NCBI GenBank assembly: GCA_018992685.1
Contig: JACVGT010000018.1
Coordinates: forward strand, 96,001 to 160,000
DNA length: 64,000 bases
Source of the DNA: Theionarchaea archaeon
GTDB lineage: Archaea; Methanobacteriota_B; Thermococci; Methanofastidiosales; SZ-28-30
Direction: 5' to 3'
Part shown: positions 38,388 through 46,417 of the stretch, one piece after another
Numbering within the stretch: the stretch's first letter is position 1
Layout: each line of letters starts with the position of its first letter
The notes under the pieces: model-generated
Databases searched by the model: none
What the model was told of the DNA's origin: nothing
What the model saw: only the letters and a program-made list of their open reading frames with translations
Position numbers and translations under genes: made by a program

Positions 38388-38918
38388 TTATTCCTCCAGA
38401 AGATCACTGACTTTGAATAGAAGTGATAGAAGAACCTGTTTAACGCTTTCTCTCTCAAGTGCGACACAGGGAATTAATGGAACATCTTCTGGAAGACTGA
38501 GCTTGTCCCTGATCGTATCCAGATCCGCAGCCCCCTCCACGTCCTGTTTATTGGCAGCCACCACAAAAGGAGCGTTCACACATTCAAAAAACTTTAGTAT
38601 CCTCCTGGTTTGCTCAAGGCTCTCAGAATCACTGCTATCCACCAGAACTACATAACCCAGGATACCTTCAGACAGAATCTCCCACATGAAATCAAATCGA
38701 TCTTGGCCTGGAGTGCCAAAGAGATGCAGGGCGATTTCATCATCAATAGTTATCCTTCCAAAATCCATGGCCACGGTCGTTTCCGTTTTCTCTTTTTCGT
38801 TTCCAGAGTGAGAGACAATTCTCTTCTCCGTTTTCACTGGTTCAATCTCACTGATAGACTGAATGAACTGCGTCTTTCCTGCATTGTATGTACCTGTTAT
38901 GAGGATCTTCAACTGCAT
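38388..38918 (-). CDS. MglA/CvnD-like small GTPase
   Basis: G1 GTYNAGKT, TTVAMDFG, FGTPGQDRF, ANKQD, CVA. Confidence 0.92.
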   Translation of the reverse strand: MQLKILITGTYNAGKTQFIQSISEIEPVKTEKRIVSHSGNEKEKTETTVAMDFGRITIDDEIALHLFGTPGQDRFDFMWEILSEGILGYVVLVDSSDSESLEQTRRILKFFECVNAPFVVAANKQDVEGAADLDTIRDKLSLPEDVPLIPCVALERESVKQVLLSLLFKVSDLLEE

Positions 38919-38919
38919 A

Positions 38920-39576
38920 CTACATCCCCTGTATCCTCTGGATAACCTTGGAGAGAGTTTGTCTTGTCAACCCCCTAATTCGAAATAAAGCTATCTCGGT
39001 CTTGATATCGACACTAACTTTATTCTCGCAGAAAAAAGGAACTTCCTCCTCAACAATGCCCTGAATTCTCTCTTTCATAGTAGAAACTTCCTCTTGAGAC
39101 GGTACTGTCACGACAACTGTTCCCGAAATCGAAAGTCCATCAACCTGTAACTCCAATCTACTGGTACCTGTACTGCGGCTACTTGCCATGGTTTCGTCTA
39201 TCCTGTCTTGTATTCTGTTTTCCAGTATCCTGGTGTCTGTTCTCCGGAAACTGTCAAAGTACGAATCAACTTTGGAGGCAATTCTCCCAGTAAGAGCACT
39301 GACCAGTGCCAGATTCGCTTTCTCATTGAGAACAGCACCTAGGACAAAATGGCGAGTGACTCGCACCACGATGGAAGAATGAGTAGTTTCCACCCATATT
39401 TGCTGGAGTGAAATTCTATCAGACAAAGCAAGGATTAGGTATCTCAAATTTCGATGAAATAAGGACTCGTCCTTCTCTTGTGACTTGGGAAAGATAAAAA
39501 CCTGCTGGACCCCTCTCGTATCTCTTTTGAGCCCCAAGAAAAAGGCCGATAGACTGGTTGATTCTCTGTTTATCAC
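38920..39576 (-). CDS. Hypothetical protein with degenerate Roadblock-like N-terminal domain
   Basis: QQIWVETTHSSIVV..FVLGAVLNEKANLALV resembles the Roadblock C-terminal strands and helix; GTGA overlap with upstream stop. Confidence 0.55.
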   Translation of the reverse strand: MINRESTSLSAFFLGLKRDTRGVQQVFIFPKSQEKDESLFHRNLRYLILALSDRISLQQIWVETTHSSIVVRVTRHFVLGAVLNEKANLALVSALTGRIASKVDSYFDSFRRTDTRILENRIQDRIDETMASSRSTGTSRLELQVDGLSISGTVVVTVPSQEEVSTMKERIQGIVEEEVPFFCENKVSVDIKTEIALFRIRGLTRQTLSKVIQRIQGM

Positions 39577-39851
39577 GAAGACTCCCCCATGCAGCAAGAA
39601 GTCAATTCTTCAATTTCCACAAGAAAGGTAATATTAATCCCTTCCGATTCTTCGGGATTGAACCCCTCAGTAAACTTGAGAGGTTCGTCCGATCCGTAGG
39701 CGATCACAGTGTCAACTCCTGAGTCTTTGAATAATACATAGTAGGTATATTCCTCTGAATCTACTTCGTTTTTTCTGGTGAAATAGACTGTGCCTCTGTT
39801 TCTAACCAGTCTCTTGAAATCATCCAGGTTCTTGATTCGCATCCTGATCAT
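39573..39851 (-). CDS. Hypothetical 92-aa protein
   Basis: SD GGTGA; position inside the operon. Confidence 0.6.
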   Translation of the reverse strand: MIRMRIKNLDDFKRLVRNRGTVYFTRKNEVDSEEYTYYVLFKDSGVDTVIAYGSDEPLKFTEGFNPEESEGINITFLVEIEELTSCCMGESS

Positions 39852-39896
39852 GTGATCACCATTTCATCTTGGTTTTTCAAAAGAGAGAAGGAAGAA

Positions 39897-40538
39897 CTAT
39901 GAGAGACTCTCTCTCTTACTCTTTGAGATTCTGAATACATCTGCAGGATTTCCCATTGCTCTGCATTCGATCTCTCTGACTTCATGGCTCGCTCCTGAAA
40001 TCCAGTACATGAAATACTCAAGCATACCTACGTAGATATTGCAGACAGGCTTGTCAGATTTCCGCCCATCGCTTTCGAAGCGATCCCTGTGGATCAAAAG
40101 GAAGTGATCGTCGTGTTCCTGAATTTCTACTTCCGGGAGATCGGAATGAGAAGTGAACATCTTGTCCGTCTGTTCGGCAACTCTGTCCAGCAACATCTTC
40201 ATTTTCTTCTCTTCTGGAATGAGACGGGCCGCTAGTGACAAAGCTTTGGCCATTGCTGAACGTCCCTCTATTCCTTCACGGGCAAATTCACGGCCCACTC
40301 GAAGTGAAAGAGCGCGCGTGCCAGTTTCTCCAAATAACTCATAAAGGGCAGCAAACAACGTCTGTGCATCTGTCACGGGAACCTCAAGCTTCCCGTTGTC
40401 TGGGGGAAAACTGCCGACATACTTCTGTAGGTGAGAATAGTTCAGGACTGAATTGAGTCCATTTATTCCTACAATGTTTTGGATCGTCTTAAGGTAGGTT
40501 TTCATCAAAAAATTGTCAATCATCTTCTCTTCATTCAT
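39897..40538 (-). CDS. V4R-domain protein
   Basis: G.NGLNSVLNYS.L, VGREFA, PVCNIYVGML..EIECRAMGNPADVF. Confidence 0.85.
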   Translation of the reverse strand: MNEEKMIDNFLMKTYLKTIQNIVGINGLNSVLNYSHLQKYVGSFPPDNGKLEVPVTDAQTLFAALYELFGETGTRALSLRVGREFAREGIEGRSAMAKALSLAARLIPEEKKMKMLLDRVAEQTDKMFTSHSDLPEVEIQEHDDHFLLIHRDRFESDGRKSDKPVCNIYVGMLEYFMYWISGASHEVREIECRAMGNPADVFRISKSKRESLS

Positions 40539-40546
40539 GAACTCAC

Positions 40547-40921
40547 CTACACCAGGGTAGCTACTTCTTCTGCCGTTCTCTTCATGTCCAAAAAGACCAG
40601 CCCTAGTTTGGCCTCTTTTCTTGCCAGAGCAGTCAGGACGGCATTCTCACCTGATGCCATCAACACTATGTATCCATCCTCTCCTTTGACGTAGACTTCT
40701 GACAAATCTCCTCTGGCCAGCTCCTTGGCTGTCCTCTCTCCGAGTGATAGCATTGCAGCAGACATGGCAGCCACTCTATCCTCTTCCACATCTCGGGGTA
40801 GAGCAGACGCTATCATCAATCCATCCACAGAAACGACAGCAGAAGCTTCAATATCAGGAGTTGTAGCTTCCAAGTCTTTCAAGAGATCTGTTAGGTCTTC
40901 AACCTTTGATTTTCTCGCCAT
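40547..40921 (-). CDS. Roadblock/LC7 (MglB-like) protein
   Basis: IEASAVVSVDGLMIASAL..EDRVAAMSAAMLSLGER..EL.RG.L..VYVKGEDG..KLGLVFLD; SD GGAGG. Confidence 0.93.
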   Translation of the reverse strand: MARKSKVEDLTDLLKDLEATTPDIEASAVVSVDGLMIASALPRDVEEDRVAAMSAAMLSLGERTAKELARGDLSEVYVKGEDGYIVLMASGENAVLTALARKEAKLGLVFLDMKRTAEEVATLV

Positions 40922-41249
40922 CTTTCTTTCCTCCTGCATATCATCTATGAGGGTATCACCTTTCATTGAATAAATAAATATATGAAAAAAACAGTGAAAA
41001 CGGGTTTCACCGTCTCAATATAAGATATTCCCCCTCAGTTCGTTGAACTGATGCCAAATGAGAACAGTCTTGCTTATTTCTCCTTCAAAATCATTTTGAG
41101 ACATGTCTCTCATATGGTGATTGAATCTCCCAGTAAATATCAATCAGGTACTTCAGGAACGAAAAAATGAAACTTCTATGGACGCCATTCATACTTCTCC
41201 ATGAGGGGATTCCAGCAATCTTTAAAAGAGCCGCTGGGTACCCACAGAT

Positions 41250-41642
41250 ATGATCGTCGTTGTCGCTGGAACCTTCGACATACTACACCCTGGACACGTG
41301 TACCTGCTCGAAGAAGCTGCAACCCTGGGAGATCTCTATGTCATCATAGCGAGGGATTGCAACATCAACAAAACGAAAATCGTTTTCAATGAGAAAGAAA
41401 GACTGAAGATGGTACAGATTCTGAAACCTGTGATGAAAGCAATTCTTGGTGATGAAAAAGACTTCTTCAGACCCATAGAAGATATTTCGCCTGATTACCT
41501 GTTCCTTGGTCCTGATCAAGACTATGAATGGGTGAAATCGCAGATCAAAGAACGAAATTTGGCCATTACAGTGAAACAATTACCTGAGAGGCTGCCTTAT
41601 TCTTCCACTGAAATCAGGAATCGTATCTGTGAAGAACATTGA
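41250..41642 (+). CDS. ribL: FAD synthase (cytidylyltransferase-like)
   Basis: AGTFDILHPGH, IIARD, LGPDQ, SSTEI. Confidence 0.8.
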   Translation: MIVVVAGTFDILHPGHVYLLEEAATLGDLYVIIARDCNINKTKIVFNEKERLKMVQILKPVMKAILGDEKDFFRPIEDISPDYLFLGPDQDYEWVKSQIKERNLAITVKQLPERLPYSSTEIRNRICEEH

Positions 41643-41680
41643 AAGACGAACACAATTCCAAAAGAAATCGTAGAAGAGTT

Positions 41681-42889
41681 TCAGTAGACAACAACACGAA
41701 CATGACCTGGAACCAGGGTAATTTTTGCCTGTGCTGTGATCAGATCCTTTCCGAATCCCTGCCTACTCCTGAGCAAATCCTTCAGCAGATCCTCCGCTCT
41801 CACGTACTTTCTGTCAACCATGGCATAGATCCTGTCTCCACACACACCTGCCATTACATGTTTGTGGAGGAACCGCTCACAATGCTCTTTCTCAAATACT
41901 GGAGGACCCATGTGTCTTCTTGAGGGAGGTAACTCAAAGACAGAGAGTTCTATGATGATTCCTCTGTCAAATACGGCTGTATTGAAGACGCGAAACCCCT
42001 GGTGCTCCAGTGTCTTTACCATGTATTCTCTGGTTTTCCTCAATTGAGGGAAAAGAATATCATCTATAACATCTAGTTGAAAATCGATTCTGTACAATTC
42101 AGTTCCTGCTATCCGTGCATAGGATTCCGGTTCTCTGAAAAAATAAGAGGGGTCGGGATTCTTCAGGAATTCTCGAGCATGGTACACCAGTCTGGTAAAA
42201 TTCTCCAGTGACACCACTGCAGCCACATTTCGTTCTGGATCCACTGGGTCTATGAACACCAAAGGTTCAGTGAACTCCTTTGAAGGAGGCACGCCCAGGC
42301 GCAGACAGCATCCCTGCTTTGCAGTGCTCATGTTCTCCAAAACCCTGGTAAAGGTGTCATATTTAATGACAAGAAGCTCACACAAATACCCCGATAACCC
42401 CTGAACCTTGAGATCAGACCCATACACCCCGATAGAACGGGTGAATTTCTTGAGAAGTCTCACCTGGTCTTTGTCATTGAGGTGAGTGAGTACGTACTCT
42501 GTGTGCAAGGGGGTTCTATCAACCGAACTTCTGATCCCTTCTCTGAACCTGTAGGCTGGAACCACATCCACTTCGTATCCTTCAACAAAATTCCTCACAT
42601 ACGGGTGTTCTGCATAGGCGATCTCGTGCTCTCCCAGGACACCGATCTCCAATCCATATGTCTTCAATTCCTTCTCAGAATAGTCATGAGAAAAGACGAG
42701 GAACATATCGACATTCCTATCACCTGAGATCCAGGTGTCTTTGGCCATTGAACCCTGGAGAGAAACCTCCGCATCCAACCCTTTTTCATCAATTCTGTCT
42801 TCCAATATGACTGTACATTCTTTAATTACCTTTTCAACAGCCTTTCGTTCTTCTTCTGTGGGACGAATCTTCTCCAACACTTCTTTCAT
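41681..42889 (-). CDS. cca: Archaeal class I CCA-adding enzyme
   Basis: GSMAKDTW, YAEHPYV, VDVVP, SSVDRTPLH, G.SGYLCELL, DPVDPERNVAA, H.GPP. Confidence 0.93.
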   Translation of the reverse strand: MKEVLEKIRPTEEERKAVEKVIKECTVILEDRIDEKGLDAEVSLQGSMAKDTWISGDRNVDMFLVFSHDYSEKELKTYGLEIGVLGEHEIAYAEHPYVRNFVEGYEVDVVPAYRFREGIRSSVDRTPLHTEYVLTHLNDKDQVRLLKKFTRSIGVYGSDLKVQGLSGYLCELLVIKYDTFTRVLENMSTAKQGCCLRLGVPPSKEFTEPLVFIDPVDPERNVAAVVSLENFTRLVYHAREFLKNPDPSYFFREPESYARIAGTELYRIDFQLDVIDDILFPQLRKTREYMVKTLEHQGFRVFNTAVFDRGIIIELSVFELPPSRRHMGPPVFEKEHCERFLHKHVMAGVCGDRIYAMVDRKYVRAEDLLKDLLRSRQGFGKDLITAQAKITLVPGHVRVVVY

Positions 42890-43425
42890 AGCCGAATTTC
42901 CTCTATATCTGTATATATGGGACCTTTCTTCGTTAACTCACTCTTCTTGAGTCGTATGGTGTCCACCATCATGTCTCCCACGCGTACCTCGGCTAGTGCT
43001 TCCACCTGAGTCTTCAGGACTGCCTTATTTCCAGGAAATTTCACCCTTCCTATGGTCAGGTGGGGAACAAGATTTCGTTCCTGCTTGAACCCCAGTCTTC
43101 CCATGCCGGAATCCACCAGTCGGGACAGAGAAAAGAACTCTTCGCTTTCCACGCCCACCCAGACCACTTTCATGTAATCCAAAGAGGGGAAAGCACCCAC
43201 TGTCTTCAAAGTAATGGGAAAGGGCTTGAAGGCACTGCATATCTCTTTGAGTTTGACTGTCACATCGTGCCCTTTCTTTTCAGTGATGTCTCCAAGGAAT
43301 TTCACGGTGAAATGCAGGTTTTCAGGTTCGACAAATTTTATCTTTCCCTCTGTGATATGGGTTTGGATATCAACTACTGTGGGAATCAGCTCTTCTGCCA
43401 GATCCACAGCAATGAAGCTTCTCAT
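42886..43425 (-). CDS. thpR: RNA 2',3'-cyclic phosphodiesterase (2H family)
   Basis: MRSFIAVD, ENLHFTVKFLG, PHLTIGRVK, SEL...GPIY. Confidence 0.95.
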   Translation of the reverse strand: MRSFIAVDLAEELIPTVVDIQTHITEGKIKFVEPENLHFTVKFLGDITEKKGHDVTVKLKEICSAFKPFPITLKTVGAFPSLDYMKVVWVGVESEEFFSLSRLVDSGMGRLGFKQERNLVPHLTIGRVKFPGNKAVLKTQVEALAEVRVGDMMVDTIRLKKSELTKKGPIYTDIEEIRL

Positions 43426-43892
43426 GGAGTCACCTTCTTACACACAGGCATTTTCTCCCAGGGGAATATTATCCATCTGTCAGTTTGGAAGATATAGTAG
43501 TCAGGGTCTACAATGCTCTGGGGTTTCTTGGCAATCACTGCAATGCGCACGTCGCGACAACCCTTCTTCCGGATGTCTTCTTTCACCACCTTCAAAGTTT
43601 TTCCTGTGTCTGCCACATCATCAACAATGAGAATATTCTTGTTCTCTATGGGCTCAGTCAAAGGGACGGTAATCTCAGGTAGCTCTGTATGCTGTTCAAC
43701 ATCAGTATAGAATTTGACGTCCATCACCCGCATGAGAATGTTATCCATGATGTGCGACATTCGCACTGCAGGAATCAGCCCTCCTCTGGCTATTCCCACG
43801 ATAATGTCCACTTTGTAGTCTTTCCTCACGTAATCGGCCAATGTCCAAATCGCTTCATCCACCTTGGACCAGTGCAGGTACTCCTTCTCCAT
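43422..43892 (-). CDS. Purine phosphoribosyltransferase
   Basis: GIARGG, LIVDDVADTGKT, WIIFPWE. Confidence 0.92.
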   Translation of the reverse strand: MEKEYLHWSKVDEAIWTLADYVRKDYKVDIIVGIARGGLIPAVRMSHIMDNILMRVMDVKFYTDVEQHTELPEITVPLTEPIENKNILIVDDVADTGKTLKVVKEDIRKKGCRDVRIAVIAKKPQSIVDPDYYIFQTDRWIIFPWEKMPVCKKVTP

Positions 43893-44098
43893 GTTCTTTA
43901 GTTATTGGAAGTTCTTAAAAGGTTTTAGGTATATGGGTATATGGGTAAAGAATCGGTCCTATATATCTACTGTACATCAATCCCACGCATGGTCTTTCAG
44001 ATTCGAGAAATATTACGATCCTATCTGAGACATCACTGCAAGATCTGTGCCATCTTCACCGAACCCAAATGAGTGGCCTCCTCATGTTCCTTTCTTAT

Positions 44099-44992
44099 CT
44101 AGTTCTTTCCATAAACCTGTTTTGGCGTGAGGTATTGGGGAAACCGATCCAGTAATTCCAGCCTTCCACAGTAGCAGCAGTGACAGGCATCGACGTACAC
44201 ATCATCATGATCCACCTTGTATTCTCGGAGTAGCTGGGCAGGGCCACCTCGAATAAGCTGCCCGACTACAGGATGAGCATAAGGATCATACTCTTCAAAT
44301 AGCTGATAAAGAGGCGTCTCCCACACATTTCCTATTGATATGCCCTGACAGACGTGCACATTGCCAAAAGGGTCTATATGAACTCTCTTTGGGTCTTCTA
44401 GATCCTCGTAAGGGCATTGATTGAAGTGATGCCACAACCTCTGGGGCAACCCTGTGGCCAGGTTCTCCACAGCCCTCCCCCTGAACATGCAACCACCACC
44501 CACAACAGGTTCTCCTTTTTCTTGGTCTTTGTCCGTCTTCACTGTTGGCTTCTCAATACAGATTGTACTCACAGGGATGCCTGCCATTTCAGCAGCTTCC
44601 ACAGCTGCTTTAGCTGGATTCAATTGATCTTCATAATGGAATGAATCATCACTTACACTCAAATCATAAAGATTGGCTTGAGAGAGTGGAGCCAGCCACA
44701 AAGCTGCATCTTCAACGGATGTTGCCCAGTAGCCGTTCGTTACTACCCCTGCCTTCAGTCCAATGGCATGAGCCATCCGGACGCCTTCCACCAGGAGAGG
44801 AAAGTACAGGAAAGGTTCGCCTCCTTCGAAATATACCTGTTCTAGAGACGTGATTCTCTCCGCATCTTCGAACAGAGTTCTCAACTGCTGCAGCAAGAAC
44901 GTTCCCACAGATTTCGGGCTGCAGTACAGAAAACAATGATCGCATTCAAAATTACACGCATAGGTGAGGAGGATGTGTATCCCTGTTAGCAT
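44099..44992 (-). CDS. Radical SAM protein
   Basis: LTYACNFECDHC, FEGGEPFL, VTNGYWA, C-terminal Cys cluster; start moved to MLTG. Confidence 0.88.
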   Translation of the reverse strand: MLTGIHILLTYACNFECDHCFLYCSPKSVGTFLLQQLRTLFEDAERITSLEQVYFEGGEPFLYFPLLVEGVRMAHAIGLKAGVVTNGYWATSVEDAALWLAPLSQANLYDLSVSDDSFHYEDQLNPAKAAVEAAEMAGIPVSTICIEKPTVKTDKDQEKGEPVVGGGCMFRGRAVENLATGLPQRLWHHFNQCPYEDLEDPKRVHIDPFGNVHVCQGISIGNVWETPLYQLFEEYDPYAHPVVGQLIRGGPAQLLREYKVDHDDVYVDACHCCYCGRLELLDRFPQYLTPKQVYGKN

Positions 44993-45165
44993 GCACGGTA
45001 ATTCTATGCGGTAAATAAATAAGTATGGGTTAAAGGTTAGAGAACACAACGTCACATTGGCCGATTGTGGGGCTGATTCACCGATTTCCAATTCCCCGCA
45101 TGAGTATACGGAGGAGAACAAAAGCCTTTTAAATGCATGGGGGAGGGAGAACATAGGGTGTTCAC

Positions 45166-46371
45166 ATGGAATGGGAATCTCGCTACTCGGAAAGGGCCAG
45201 AGGAATGAAGGCCTCTGAAATCCGTGAATTGCTCAGGCTAACACAACAACCGGATATCATCTCCTTTGCAGGAGGACTCCCCAGTCCTGAATCGTTTCCT
45301 ACTGTGGATATTGCAGAGGTTACGACACACATCATGCTCACTGCTGCTGAAGAAGCACTGCAATATGGTACAACTGAAGGATACAATCGACTGAGGGAAT
45401 ACTGCGCGTATTGGTCGAAAAAAGAAGGCATTGAGGCAACTATGGACAATGTAGTCATCACCAGTGGGTCTCAACAGGGCTTGGACATCGTATCAAAGAT
45501 ACTGCTTGATCCCAATGACGTGGTCATTGTGGAAGCTCCCAGCTACCTGGGAGGACTGGGAGCCATACGGGCATACCAGGCCTCGTTTACTGCGGTGAAG
45601 ATGGATGACGAAGGACTGATGATGGACCAGCTGGAGGATACCATCAAGAAGATGAACCATCCTCCCAAGCTGGTATACACCGTACCCACCTTCCAGAACC
45701 CTGCTGGAGTGACCATGATCGAGAAGAGGCGGAAGAAACTGGTGGACTTGGCCCATGACTACGATTTCGTTATCATGGAAGATAATCCGTATGGAGATCT
45801 CCGATATTCTGGTGATCCTGTGAAGGCAATCAAAGCATTCGATGATGAGGGGAGAGTAATCTACACGTCCACCTTCTCCAAGATTTTCTCACCCGGAATG
45901 CGATTGGCCTGGATTATCGGGCACGAGACGTTCATTCGAAAATTCGTCATTGCAAAACAGAGTACTGATCTGTGTACCAATTCCTTTGTGCAGCGTATTC
46001 TCTATGAGTACTGTCGCAGGGATCTAATCGAGAACCATATCAACAAGATCAGGGAAATCTATCGAGAGAAACGAGATGTCATGCTGGAGAGTCTGGAAGA
46101 GTACTTCCCTGAAGGATGCTCATGGACAAGACCTGATGGAGGTCTGTTCTTGTGGGCCAGGGTTCCAGAATACATCGACACCAAGGTCATGATCGGAGAA
46201 GCCATCAAAGAAAGGGTGGCCTATGTTCACGGCGCAGCCTTCTTCGTGGACGGATCAGGGACCAATACCATGCGGTTGTGTTTTTCATATGCATCAAACG
46301 AAAAGATCAGGGAGGGGATAAAACGGCTCGGAAGGGTCATTGAAAAGGAGATAAAGGCCCATAAAGCCTGA
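45166..46371 (+). CDS. PLP-dependent class I/II aminotransferase (LysN/ARO8-like)
   Basis: SEIRELL, FAGGLP, TFQNPAG, EDNPY, TFSKIFSPGMR. Confidence 0.93.
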   Translation: MEWESRYSERARGMKASEIRELLRLTQQPDIISFAGGLPSPESFPTVDIAEVTTHIMLTAAEEALQYGTTEGYNRLREYCAYWSKKEGIEATMDNVVITSGSQQGLDIVSKILLDPNDVVIVEAPSYLGGLGAIRAYQASFTAVKMDDEGLMMDQLEDTIKKMNHPPKLVYTVPTFQNPAGVTMIEKRRKKLVDLAHDYDFVIMEDNPYGDLRYSGDPVKAIKAFDDEGRVIYTSTFSKIFSPGMRLAWIIGHETFIRKFVIAKQSTDLCTNSFVQRILYEYCRRDLIENHINKIREIYREKRDVMLESLEEYFPEGCSWTRPDGGLFLWARVPEYIDTKVMIGEAIKERVAYVHGAAFFVDGSGTNTMRLCFSYASNEKIREGIKRLGRVIEKEIKAHKA

Positions 46372-46417
46372 TCTTTTATTTTTTACTTTATTTCCTTCTA
46401 TGTCAAACTGTTACTGA

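Noticed and set aside
40990-41115. Short palindromes (GAGACATGTCTC; GTGAAA-N5-TTTCAC) and a 32-codon minus-strand ORF upstream of the Roadblock gene
   Set aside because: Short enough to arise by chance; the ORF lacks a convincing SD.
43928-43947. GGTATATG tandem repeat
   Set aside because: Only about two copies with no spacers; not CRISPR-like.
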